From Lingula anatina (taxonomy: Eukaryota > Animalia > Brachiopoda), in the NCBI GenBank assembly GCA_051362555.1, contig CM120644.1, positions 22,342,534 to 22,406,533 of the forward strand: DNA of 64,000 nucleotides, in the 5' to 3' direction. The notes beneath the pieces were generated by a model. The model was given only the letters and a program-made list of their open reading frames with translations, was not told the DNA's origin and searched no databases. The position numbers and the translations under genes were made by a program. Shown piece by piece: positions 51,074-64,000 of the stretch; position 1 is the stretch's first letter, and each line of letters begins with the position of its first letter.

Positions 51074-52271
51074 GGTAGAACTGACTCACGACAGAAAGAA
51101 ACGATGATTATTTATTTGTGCTCATACCAGTTAAGGATGAAGACAGCGATTGTCTGCCAGGGTTATTTGATATTCTAACCGACCATAGCATACCAACATA
51201 TAGGGTATCAATTAAAAAGCTTATTTCAACAGCTGTTCATTTCTTATCATAATTTTATTGCGCAATTGTTATGTCAGTAGATGTAGCGCTCAATAGGTTT
51301 TTCCCAGAGAAATATTTAGGAAACGGTCAAAACTAATTTAACCTTCAACCCGTAAAATGTTGCATCTATTTGTTAGCTTTGTCTGGTGGAATGTCCCTGG
51401 ATTTTATTTTGCGTCACAAAATGTAATGTCAAATGTTTCAAAGCGAGAAGATGGCAAATTTTACATTGGTTAAGTTTATCAAACCAATACGTTATTACTA
51501 GGTTTATGGACATGGATGGGTGAAGAAGATTTATATACCAAAACTGTGTTATTTTTCATAATAGTGGCAGTCAACACAAGTACATTTCGAACGTGTATGG
51601 AAACACCAAAATATGTTGCTTTGTTTTATCTGATAATGCGCCACTGTGCTAAAATATTTTCTTTATAATAAACAAGCTAGGTTGACTGTTCAACCCGCCG
51701 CATCTGGTCGTCATATACCAGTTCCACTATTTAGTTTCTCGTTAAAAGTTTATCCAAGTATTCCCAATTATATCCAAGTATGCCCAAGTATAACCAATGT
51801 CTTGCACAAATGTTGTGTAAGAATATGAAGACAAAGCTGCCAGCGCCAGATAACATTGCTATGTGTTTTATCACAGAAAAAAGTGTATGTTTAACAATAT
51901 CAACACACCAAGAGTAAAAATATATCATTACAATTTGTACATTACCTATCAAAATTATGCTTATCTACCATTAATATTTTATAAGTTTGCATTTCAACCT
52001 TTATAAGGTGAATTTTATGAGGTGAAGTCGTATCACAAGTCATGAGCATGTATACAATTGTTTGGGCACTGCTAACCATCTGGCAGTCAAAGTGTATTAC
52101 ACTGCCTCTGGAACTGTTTCATTCCTCTGCGCAGCTTTTATATAAAACAATGCCGTGAATGTCGAGACGGATCACTTTCTGAAGGATCACTTATGAAGGT
52201 GACGAGCAAAGTAACGCTCACTTTGTTATCATAAAACAAAAAAACGCACATACTGCTCAGCTCGTTCAGCA

Positions 52272-55200
52272 TTACGGAATCCACTGCCCCAATTTTTTCT
52301 TTGACGTACTTTCCTGCTGTAATTTTTTCTCGATCGATTTCTCCATAAGCATCTGTACCATGACACGTGCCTTTTGAATTTTATCCTTATTTGGTAACGC
52401 CTCCACCATGTGATATCGTATGTGCTCGTGGTCTTTGATGTGATACCGACACTGCGTCAGCGGACACGTCTGTTTCTTTATCATCACCTTTCCGCCGGGT
52501 TTTGGCTGGTTTATCTCACCTTCCTGAAATGATAAAGAGGTCTTTGTTAAATGGCTGGCCAGGTCTAACGTGCACCTGTGTACGAGGCGGTGTGTTGGGT
52601 GGGTGTGGGTGACGATGGGATGAAGTGGGTGGGTGTGACTGGGTTGGGGTGGGTGGGTGTGGGTGACGATGGGATGAAGTGTGTGGTTGTGACTGGGGTG
52701 GGTGGGTGTGGGTGACGATGGGATGAAGTGGGTGGGTGTGACTGGGGTGGGTGGGTGTGGGTGACGATGGGATGAAGTGGGTGGGTGTGACTGGGGTGGG
52801 TGGGTGTGGGTGACGATGGGATGGAGTGGGTGGGTGTGACTGGGGTGGAGGGGTGTGGGTGACGGTGGGATGGAGTGGGTGGGTGTGACTGGGGTGGAGT
52901 GGGTGGTGTGACTGGGGTGGGTGGGTGTGGGTGACAATGGGATGGAGGGGGTGGGTGTGACTGGGGTGGAGGGGGTGCAGCATATTGATAAAGAGTCAGG
53001 ACGTTAAATATAATAATAGAAGTCTCAGAGCCACCAAGGGGTCCCAAAACAGGATCCCAGGTTGTAAAGATCTTGTAGAACATCTAAATTATTGCATGTA
53101 GCATTTCCCTTTATTTATTTATTCATCTGTGAGAATAACTAAGTTTGACACTACATATGGCATCGTATCTGGACAGCTGCTCCATGTACAAGAATGTGTC
53201 AATGGAGATTTAAAACGAAAAACACAGTGCAATGGGTAATAAAGACACCACTGCACAACACACTTTATAGATGCAAGCACTCTAAATAATTAAATCACAA
53301 TTGAATGAGCATTTTCTATAAATTCCTTAAAATTTGGCAATTTTAAGTGATGTTTTGTTGAAATTATCACTTGGGATAATCAAATAACTGTCATTATGCA
53401 CAACATCTTAATCGAACATTCTAAATTCAATCTAGTGCTTACTTTAATATTGTACCGCCGCAGTTGAGGCAGGGAGACCGCAGACTTGGCGTGGCGGTGG
53501 GAATTAACGCTGAACCTCTTCACCCGTTCTTCAAGGTACGAGAGAATCTTATCGCTGGTTTCCCAGTCACGAAACGCTTGCTGCTTCTCCAAAAGACGGA
53601 TCTTGTTGCGCACTATGGCGTTGAAAAACTTCAGCCCTCTTGGTCTCTTCAGACCCATGCTTGACGGGTTTTCGACTGGGTTAACTTCTAAGTCGGGCAA
53701 CAGACTATCCCTGCGTTCCGATTCCTCCGGTTGAGATTTAGCACGCTCGCGCTCCAAAGTTATTTTCTGTAAAGTCGTTATAAGATCTCTTGTAGCTTTT
53801 TCTTCCGTCTGAGGTCGCTCTTGTATCACCGGAAGAAACGGTTTCCCAGTTGTAGCCTTGGAAACCTCTGGATCGCTCATTCTGCGCATGCCTGTTACTG
53901 GAGTGCTCACTGAGCATGTTGGTGATGGTTTGGTAGCGTTAGACGGCGTTGGGCTCCCGTTGCTCTTAGCAGGCAGTTCGATAGTCGGTCTGTCAATGGC
54001 TTGGTTACCATCGGCTCCTGTGTTCACCTCCACATCACCGGTATTTGAGATTTCTCTTGGAGGTGACGTTAGACTCGGTGAATTGGACTGCTTGGTAGCC
54101 TCAGCTTGACCCTGACCTTGACCTAAATTCGTTGCACTCACGGACTCGTGTTGTTCCCCTGAAGCAGAAATCCGGGGAGAGTTTTCCACAGTGTCACTCT
54201 CCTTGGACACGAGTGGTTGATCCACTTTTGCTGCTGCGAAGATAAGATGCATGGAAGCTCTGCGCACAGCTTGCGTATTATTATCCTCTCGTTTCAACCG
54301 CTCTTGCTCCACTACCTCTTGCCTCTTACGTTCTTTCTCTGCTTGCCATTCTTGCTTGGGTTTTGACAGGAGCGTGTCAATTTCCTGCGAATGCTGCTCG
54401 AAAGTTCTCGGCTTTGGCTGCCCGGAATCAATGACACCCTTCTCCTTCATGCGTTTTATAACGTCTTTCAAGGCAGTTATGCTGCGAGGTTTACGGCTGT
54501 CCTGGCTAACGTCTTTGCGTAAAGTACTTGGAAGCATATTTTTTCTTTCCATTTTCTTTCTGTGTGCCCTGATCCCTTCCCGGCGCTTGGCTTTCTCCTC
54601 CATAATGTCTTTATAGAACACCGCACCTGGCACCATTGGTTCTATTAGCGGGGCTCTGTCCCGTACGAACCACTGAAGAAGTTTGTGTATAAGCACCTCT
54701 TTATCGGGAAGCTCCTTTGAGTTTCTTAGCGATGTCGTTTTCTTCGGTTGCGTCTCCTCTTCGTGATGCAATTTGAACGCTAGGTGGCGTAGAAGAGGTA
54801 CTTGACTCCCCTGGAGGGAGGTGACGCGCGAAATAAGCTTTGTTTCCGCGTGAAGTGTGAGCGTTTCTATCGTTGGTTTGTTTTTCTTTATGATTAGTCG
54901 CTCATATGTCTTTAAATCTAGGAGGAAAGCTTGGGTATTTGTCGTGCATATCACTGTAGCGAAGTAAGTGTCGAGATTCATAGCAATTTCAATGTCTCCA
55001 ATGATTTCTCGCTCCCGTACAAAACATAAATCCATGGATTTACCGTGGAGTTTTTTCTCTGCTGCGGCGTAACCGTCGCGCCTGCGCACTCGCACGGATT
55101 CCTGTTTTACAGTTGATTTGTTTGGGTCATCGTTGTTGGATGAATCCACCCGCTTTCTTTTTGGCCTGCAAGGAAAATGAAAAATGATGGCAATTATGTA

Positions 55201-58200
55201 GAGAAGACAACACATATCAGGCGGCTTTATCGTATGGCTTAACAGAATAAATGTTGTCTTTTCTCAAATTTGGTATTTCTGCTTACAATACAGAATGGAA
55301 AAATATATCTGTAATCTTTATAATATGCCAGATCACTTACTCAAACATTTAACAATTATTTTACGCCACTGGGCTCTTTATTTCACGCATGAAGGCTCGA
55401 TTGTTCCCCTAAAACGCTTAAGAATTGGTAAAGGAGGATCGGCTCAGAAGGCACGTCAGCTTCATATCACACATGCATTTCTCTGTCATTATAACGCCTC
55501 CATATATGCTTAACATCCAGTCATATCACATTTCTCTGCCATTAAACCTTCATATATACTTACATCCAGTCCCCGGTGTAGACGTCCGCGGAGTCCTGGA
55601 AGGGATGTCTGTCCGGGTACTGGGCCTTGTGCTTGCCTGGCTCCACCACGAACTTTGCCTGACCACTGAAAGGAAAAAAAAATATTTCTGTATAGAATAT
55701 ACAAACACCAACGGTGGCCTTCGTCATTCTTTTTGTACAGCTGTATTTTAGCAAACCAGTAAACACACCACACTTGGGGCTGCGGTGGGAACATAATGCT
55801 ATCAAGCTTCTTATAGCGTGGTGACGACTTGGTGCGTTAAGCGCTTGAGATGTCAGTCTTCAGGCTACTTTTTCCTCTGTGCTTGACCCTGATAGCCACA
55901 CCTACAGAGGTACTAGCTAGATCATATCGTTTCTTTTATAGATCTTAGTTTAGAAAAGAGTAAATAGATTTCAGTGAATTGACAAGTTTGTTCTTTATTG
56001 TACGGCGTGAACGAGTCCACGGAATAATTAATTATTAGAACAATAAAGGACTCAAGCAAAGAATTGAACGGTTTTGACTAAAAATCCCAAATACATCTTT
56101 AAAACTATACCCTCTGACATAAGGGCCCCATTAAAATTCTGTACAAAATCAGACTTTGGCGCTTTTCAACATTTTGTGACAGACTTACTAGCGCACCCTG
56201 TGGTCAGACAGCATATAACAAGGGGTCCTGTGACTTACTTCAACATGAAGTGCAGTCCTACTACAGGCTCCCCCTGGCGGACAATAGGAGTATCAAAGCT
56301 GTAGCTTTCTTTTCTGATGCTCATCTTCAGAAGACTTTGCATCTTGGGCGTCCACGTACAGAAGAAGGGGTGGTTCTCTACAAAGTCGTTTTTCTCTTTA
56401 AACTCTAGTTCTGCAGCAGCCTGGAAAATATAATGTTGTTTTGGGCAACAATTGCTTCCCCCGATGAAAGGTGCCAACTTTTACATTGAGCATTTTGATT
56501 TGAAAAGAAATCCGCGTAAGGGTACACCTAAACACGCACGCACACACGCAAGAGATTCATCAGTTTGGAAGTGAGAACAAAATGAATCAGTTGGACCTTA
56601 AGCTGCTATTTTGGCAAAATACTTTGGTTTCCGAAACCACATAAAAAGACAAAATTCTCACCTTCAAGCATCTGTTGTAAAGATCTCTGTGTATTACCAG
56701 GAAATCCGTCTCCTCGTCTGTGATGATGGACGCGTTCCTAATATTGTCCTCACTAATGAGGGCAATTTCCCCAAAGCTCTTGCCTGAACCTGAAAATTAA
56801 AATTTGACAAACAATGGTAATTGATCCGTTGAAAGCGAGTTCTTAACTTCATTCCGAAAAAAAAAGTTGTAAAACGTTCTGCTAATACATAAAATATTGA
56901 TATCACTATCAACAAAAAATCTCCTTAGGAATATTCATTAAAAGTTTTGTTAACCTGGATATCATGACACAGACACTTTTTCGGTTTTTGAATATAAAAA
57001 TATATGAATGGCGTTTCTTTCCCCCCCCCCCCCCAAAAAAAAACAAAAAAAAAAACTGTCACATCACCGCAAGGTTCTTACCAAAGGACACGATGTAGTT
57101 CCCGTACAGGCTTCTGTTCAACCGCGGCTTCTTGGGAGTTTTGGCTGCCTTTGAGGATTTGGTAGATTTGATGGATTTGGAAGATTTTGGTGGCTTTGCC
57201 GATGACTTCACGGACAGCGTGCGGTTCTTCGACTGTTTCTCTTCTTCTTCATCGTCATCTGCTTCATCATCTTCCGAAATGTCATCCCCTTCTTCATCTT
57301 CATCTTCATCTTTTTCTCCATTGTCTTCATTTTCTTCCTCCTCCTCCTCCTCCGTCACTCCCTGAGTATTGCTTTCGGTTTCGTTTTCGTCCTGTTCCAC
57401 ATTGTCTAATTCTTCAGCACTCTCGTTATGTTTTGGCTCTTCTTTTTCTTCTTTATCTTTCAAGGCGGACTCTCCCGATAAGTTTGGGTCAATATAGACT
57501 GACACGCTGCCGTTGACTATGATGTAAAAGCTGAAACAGCCATATTTTTTACATAAATACACGAGTGACTTCTAGTGAGCAAAGCGCAAATATACTACAA
57601 GACCAAAAACTCCAACAAATTATGCTACTTCCAAAAATTTACATTGTTTAAAGAAAAAGACATGGCGCATGTCTACGTGCAGACTCGCAATTATAAAAAG
57701 GTGTACACACACACGCGCGCACACACATGCACCTTTTGATTTAATTATCATAATGACTACGACAACTGTATCAAAAACGATTACCTTCTTCATAGCATTG
57801 CTAATGTGATATCTAGAACTATTATTATATACCCCAAAAACATGACCACTTCAGGACACGTGTTATAAGGAAATACTGTCTTACCACTCTCCACTCTCTC
57901 CTTGCTTTATGACCACGTGGTCTGCGGCGTTGTGCTGATAGTAGCAGTTACGTATTATGTCAACAATCACGTCTGAAAGCGAACAAATACATCAACTGTT
58001 AATACGTACATCTGGTGATAGGTCGATAATAGGACCGTTTATAAACTGTGAGCTGAAGTCAAGCATAATGGTATATCGTAATGTATTGAAATTTCCAAGA
58101 GAAATTTATCTCTTTATTTATTTATTTATTTATTTATTGCAATATAAACGTGTGGCTCTCTTGTAAGTCTGTAGCCTATTGTTCGCGAACTCGATGGCAG

Positions 58201-60014
58201 AGTATGGGGACATACATGTCCGATAGCTGTTTATTCGGGGCAGTAACTGAACCAAACTGAAAACAAGTTAGCTATGTGATCAATAATTATCGGGTTTACA
58301 GACTAGACTCTGAAAGTCATGAAAGAAAACTGATTGGAAACGGAAATGTATAAGCCTACTTTATCAGGCCCGTGGCCGGAAGGGGGGAAGGGTCTGGGGG
58401 TTCGAAGCCCCCTTTTTACCTGGAAAATGTCATCTTTGGGTAAAATTTTATCTAGGTACACGAAGGTTTCAAGGTAAAAGGCCCACAGTTTTTCAGAAAA
58501 AGTACCCCCTATTGAAATCGCTGGCTACAGGCCTGTTTGCTATCTGTTGACAAAACTACATAAAAAAATTAATAATATTAAACAAAATATTGTTGTAATT
58601 AAAAAAAAACACGATAAGTTTTTTCTCCAATTGACGAATGAACAGTATTGGCATTATATTTTTATCGTATGGAAGGCAGTTTTCTACACACCTTTTTTTC
58701 TTTCAAAGTTTTAGATGAAAATGTTATACCCCCTTTACACTGGACGGCGTCCTTTCTGCGTCCTTTCTGCGACCATGAAATTTGGCATCGCTGTGGTCTT
58801 AATAAGGAGGCACGAGCATTGATTTGGTATCAGAATGAATGCTCAATGATCGGCCAGTTGTCGGCACGTAAAGTATTATAATTCTTTAACTCTCAAATGG
58901 GGCCGAACTGCTGGACGCAGAAGGGACGCCATCCAGTGTAAAGGGGGCCTTAACGGATCTGTCTAAATTTCAGTACAACCGCTTAAAGTACAACCACTTA
59001 AAGGTTTGCCGTATCAATAACTGAATGTCAAGGGGGGCTATGTTTGAACCAGCAAGAATGTGCTGAGCCTTAGCTCCAAAACCAGGATCGAGTACATTGT
59101 GCCTGTGGGGTAGGGTGGCATTGAATATCAAAAAATATCTTTTATGGATCAATTCGTTAGATTAAAAGAATGCAGATGCCTGCGTCTTTCGGAAGTTGTC
59201 AGATTCCCGACAACATGGTTTCACAGGGCTCTCTACGCTGCCATGCTGGCACTTATCCAATACTCCATAAAAGCCAATGCTAATCTTAGTAGAAGTCAAG
59301 AGGACTTCATAATTGAAAATGACCAATTAATAAAAACCAAGAGGAAACAAAATCCAAAGAGTAAACATCATTACCGGTAGTAAAAACCTACGTGGATCAA
59401 AGTGGCACTTAAAATGTTTTCGAAAGCTCTACGATGAAAGAAAACAAAAAGTGACTTCATTGATGGCCGAACAAAGCGGTATTCATGCTAATACCATTTT
59501 CGTTTTTTTAATACTGAAATTTAACCACGATCAAGCAAAAGGCCTACAGAGCTTGTAAAGATTATAGTCATACGGGCATATTACATTTCGGCAACACGCC
59601 GAAATAAGACCGTCTCCAAGCAAGTGGTGTAAGAATTGTAGAGGCTAATACAGTTCTTTATACAAACATTCCCTCTTTACGTTTAACAATACAGATGACG
59701 TGAGAGAGACCCCTTAAATGTTTACAGAAATTGAAAATCAATCTTATAAAGTCACGAGGTGACAGGAAATATTTACACTTTTTCCACTTTCTTCTGTCTG
59801 AGAGACCCAATGGCAATTAAGTATCGCCGTTACCTGAGGACTCAATAAAAAGCATTTACGACTCGTTTTTAAGGATACAGGTCACTCTGTACGTTCTTTA
59901 TTTGTTGGTTGTGACATTTGGCGTTAATATAAGCAAGCTGAACTGATTTCGCGACATGTTTAACAGGGACCATCCAGCATATTTTGTGTAATTACTTTAC
60001 AGGGACAGTGCAAT

Positions 60015-60048
<34 letters not shown>

Positions 60049-60259
60049 GGGCTACCAAGTTGTCTGAAACACGATACCATGAAAGGAGCAAGTGAAAAAA
60101 GGTCCAACAATGTTCCAAATTTTCCGTACCTTTCTTCATGGACTGCAGAAGCTGGCTTTTCTTGCGTAACCACGGGATGATGATCTCCACCTCGTGCTGT
60201 TGCCGCTGATCAGGGCTCTTCTTGATCACATTGATCACGCGCTCGTACATCTGACTCAT
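52272..60259 (-). CDS. Cyclic nucleotide-binding domain protein (CNBD2-like), 8 coding exons
   Basis: Approximate exons: 60259-60130, 57972-57885 (DVIVDIIRNC..VIKQGESGEC), 57530-57082 (FYIIVNGSVSV), 56789-56662 (SFGEIALISEDNIRNASII), 56421-56238 (IVRQGEPV), 55666-55563, 55166-53443 (IIGDIE..YFATVIC) and 52523-52272. Two cNMP-binding domains. Confidence 0.85.
52590..52978 (+). repeat. G-rich 49-bp minisatellite (about 8 copies) in the last intron of the CNBD gene
   Basis: Unit ACTGGGGTGGGTGGGTGTGGGTGACGATGGGATGAAGTGGGTGGGTGTG, for example at 52741 and 52790. Confidence 0.9.
58365..58535. mobile_element. hAT-like MITE of about 170 bp
   Basis: Imperfect TIR CAGGCC(C/T)GT(G/A)GCC. No clear TSD. 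Confidence 0.5.
58729..58947. mobile_element. Palindromic MITE of about 220 bp
   Basis: Inverted arms CCCCCTTTACACTGGACGGCGTCCTTTCTGCGTCC / GGACGCAGAAGGGACGCCATCCAGTGTAAAGGGGG. Confidence 0.7.
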
Positions 60260-62837
60260 CTTGGCGCATGACCCGGTGGAAGAGCCTGAAGGCAAAATAA
60301 AAAGATATTGAAATAAATCAGGTGTTCTAGGGTGATGATCTGTGAATCTGTACTGCCTCATGATCTGCTTAAAATGATACAGATCATTAAAAATCTGAAT
60401 TGGTGTACCGTTTTTACGGAAGTAAAGTAACGCCAATGAAAGAAACAAGGGGGAGAAGGATGAAGTAATTGTTGCAAAATGCTTAATATAATATCTATAT
60501 AGCGTATCTGGTGCTCTTTTCTCAATACGCAAGTGACTGCCTCGTTAAATTCGTTTAATGCAAACACTTCATGCAAACAAATATTTTAGAGCTCCCCTTT
60601 TTTGCAACGAAAGTAATTCGCTGTTATTTTGGCCATTATGAAAAACAATTATGTCAACAGTTGTTTAATTCATGATCGTTCTTTAGTGGCACATTACGAC
60701 AATTGACTTCACTTCAGCACGAAAAAAATTTTCATACATTGCCTTTGAACAATCTACAGGTATGTTAGAATCACCCGCTAAAGAGCTTTGGGGACATTTA
60801 GCATTTTTCAATCTTTAGATGAGGGAGATTTTAATCTTAAAAGCATTATACTATAATTCAATGATGTAATAATTAAATAATTACAGGTATTCAGTCATTT
60901 GAAAGTCCGGCTGTGTGGCCACCAAATTCAGTGTCCCGGGACCCGTCTTCCGATTTCCTTACATTCCACACCGCGCCGCACATTTTCAATGGTAGCAACG
61001 CAGAGGACAATCTTAAGTCAGCCAATCTTATCTGAGCTTCTTATGCTGCTCATGTTAAATGTTAATTCTACAAACGATTTATGCTTTACTTTGGGCTTTA
61101 CGCGATACACTTATCACCTAATGTCTCGTGTTTTATTGTTACGGGATTTAGGCACCTAGCGTACGTTACGTCACGTTATTTGCACCCAGAAGTGCCATAA
61201 TGGAGAGAACATATCAAGTCGTGTGACTTTGAAATCCTCGAGTAAATATTTATTTTATTTGAAGTCCAGAATTTTTGCAAATAAAGCTCCCGAACACCAG
61301 AATATCTTAGGACTGAAATACTTAATGGCATTTCAAAAGTAATATTCAGTGGAAAAAAAAGGACACAGAAACGAATTGAATAGGCCTTCGCCGAAGTCTT
61401 TTATCGGAGTTTTAGACAGCTGAATCCATTATAGCCAATCCTTATATCATATACATTTGGGAAAATGATTTCTTCAAAGCTTGGCAACTATGTTGGTGTG
61501 AGTGCCTGCATTTTTTTTTTTTTGGGGGGGGGGGTTCTTTTCTTTTCTTTTTTTTTTTTTTTTTTTTTGAGGGGGGGGGGTTATGGTTTTGCGCACTATG
61601 AACACAGTCTACTACTTACTTTTAGTAGACATAAAACAGCTTGCCTACGTTGTAAATATTGTGGCTTAGAAAAGCTACTGTACCAAAGCCAGAAGCTGAG
61701 CGACGACCCCTTTTTCTTTCCTTTTTCAAAATTTCTCGCTGGAGAAATGTACACAAATATATCCAAAACAATATCCGAAAATATCCTGGAAAAAAATGCT
61801 ATCTGTGGCAGAGTGTAATGAAATCTGAACCAAGCTTGAGAAAGCCCCGCTATCCCGCATTCTTTTCTGTTGGAGAGTTGCACCCTATTCTGAATAAATA
61901 TTTTCTGTTTTCGAGACCGGCTTTTGAAATGTCTTGCTTCTCGAAATGGAAATCTTTTCTGTAGAGCTTTGATTTCGACTTAAGCTATTTATCCACCTCT
62001 GATTATGCATGCTTTTGTGATCCTCAAGTAGTTTACGTAGCGTAATACCCTGTATATTTTGTTCTCACTCGAATGTCTCTTTGTAAGGTTATAGAATATA
62101 TAATAATATGTATAACATACACAAAAAAATCAGGACTTCGGTGTGCAGGCAGTATTTTATAATATGTGGTCTGCCGCTCAATTTTGTAAAGGCCATTATT
62201 ACTAAAAAGATGCCACGAACAAGATGGGTGATGTTCTTTTCCGCAATTATATTTCAAGGTATCAAGTTAATATCTTTCTGTATAAAAGTCTATTAATGTA
62301 AATGAAAGCACTCGTGAAAGAACAATCTTACACGTCGTCAATAACTCTATTGTCGTTCTTTTGTTCCCTTTTATAGCTCTGATTTGGGCATTAAATAAAT
62401 CGGGCACAAAATCTATACTCAGCAAACTGAGGCAAGTGCAGTGTTTTTTCAACGCTTAGTCACTGTTGATTAGCGAACAACAACATTATTAGCTTGCTTG
62501 GATAATTGATGCATTTTCATAGAACGCAAATTTCCGATTTGAATAAAAAGCATGCGTTACTGTTTCGTTTGCTTTTCAGGGCTTGGGGCTGGTTGTTTTG
62601 TTACGGGGATATTTTTGTCTCTTAAACAGAAGGTTAGAAACGGCTTTGGGCGGGTTTTACCACATACAGATCAATATGTCTGTTAGAGTATATTTCTTAC
62701 GGATACACCCATGGTAGAAATAACGTTTCTGAAGACAAAACAACATTATGGTCATACTTGAATAGAATGTGTATGTAAGTGCAGCAGCTGCTGTCCAAGT
62801 TATGGCCTGTTCGTCTTTCCACAGCTAAGCATGGCCT

Positions 62838-62965
62838 ACCCTCTACCAGGGCGACAGATTGATTTTTCACAGATATTCACAGATATGTCTCAAGATAAAT
62901 AGACAGTCATCTGGTTCTCGATTTTTCCGTTTTTCTCTATATAATCTGCTTCCCTGGTAGAGGGT
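62838..62965. mobile_element. MITE of about 130 bp with 11-bp TSD (MULE-like), copy 2, inverted relative to copy 1
   Basis: TIR ACCCTCTACCAGGG. Flanks AAGCATGGCCT / AAGCATGACCT. The interior is the diverged reverse complement of 50220-50350. Confidence 0.75.
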
Positions 62966-64000
62966 AAGCATGACCTGACGCGTCGTTTTTGTTGGATTTT
63001 ACATCTTATCAAATATTTTAAATGAAACAATAACTGAAATATTTATGCTGATTTTCCATTTTTTTTATCTTCTTGATATATTAGGGGATTCCCTTACTTC
63101 AGTTACTGTATTTCTCGTCGACATATAGCCACTTATCTTCACAGTATTTTAGCGGTAACATTGTGACTATCACGACGTACCAAGATTACTACTTAAAATT
63201 CGTTAAGAACTTATTTAAGTAGTCTTACTAGTTGGAGATATTACCACATTTTTACAGGAACAAAGTATTTTATAAGTCCTTTTTACACATGACTCTGCCT
63301 ATAGTAGCATACGGTAACAAATTTTTCTAAACTGAAAAAAAAAAATAAATAAATAAGCAAGACATTACCCCTCTCCAATTTAAAGTAGAAGAAAAAAATT
63401 AAAGTCAACACCGTTAGGTCTTATAAAAGTATATTATGCACTGATTTAAGAGAATAAATCTTAATTTTAAATCAGTTATTGATTGACACGTTTTTTCTTA
63501 TGATTTAAAATAATGGCTTCTTAAAACTACCACACCCGGATTTTTATATTATAACAATATCAACAGTCTTTGAAGGCCACCTGCTATGGGGCAGTTTCAC
63601 AAATAATCTGGGTACAGAATTTGGTCTTAACTTAAAGACGAATATTTAAGGCTTCTTTTGCGACCCTAAATAAATTAGTAGCCATCCACCTATATGAATT
63701 AGTGTGAATTATTCAGAAAAAGTAAGAAATGATTAAGGTTTCATACCAATGGTTTCATAATTTTTTTAAATTAAAATCTTAAAAGTTACGATAAAATTTC
63801 TGTCAAATTTTATTGTAACAGGTCTAATGAACTTGACCCACCTTCTCACTATAAAAGCCGGTCCGTCCCTCTTGTGTCTGGGTACATTTTACACACTCAT
63901 TAGTTTGATAAGATTCTCACAACAGTTACACCTCTACCGATCTCCATGTCAACTATGTCTTATCTCTTTAAAATACTCCAGTTTAAAAATGCCCCACTTG

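Noticed and set aside
52516-53083. Pro/His/Thr-rich ORFs in three minus-strand frames
   Set aside because: They are translations of the intronic G-rich minisatellite. Only the part from 52523 down is the real terminal exon.

Overview
AT-rich, intron-containing animal DNA, probably a marine invertebrate. Bases 1-42.0 kb hold a tandem cluster of six paralogous multi-C2H2 zinc-finger genes (A-F). Their fingers nearly all carry Cys in place of the canonical Leu, and they share a conserved acidic, KxE-rich C-terminal tail. A two-gene unit of about 6.8 kb is duplicated, so each later insertion has an empty paralogous site that fixes its ends and TSD exactly. The insertions are two TTAA/Kolobok-type elements (626 and 991 bp), a 3.6-kb P-like element (31-bp TIR, 7-bp TSD) and an 18,758-bp CCC...GGG EnSpm/CACTA-type element (2-bp TSD). 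Three older mariner relics were co-duplicated with the unit. The large element is the highlight. It splits a ZF gene and carries two divergent, apparently intact spliced genes: a 5-exon, 817-aa Transposase_21-type transposase and a 16-exon, about 420-aa BEN-domain protein. Its two different subterminal tandem arrays present the same RGTAGAWTTGVAGTA core every 51-53 bp. Bases 42-64 kb hold a secreted CBM14-TSP1-D8C gene (+), a CNBD2-like cyclic-nucleotide-binding gene (-), a decayed Academ-like element, several MITEs and a G-rich minisatellite. Exon models were read by hand. Family names come from motif recognition, not database searches.
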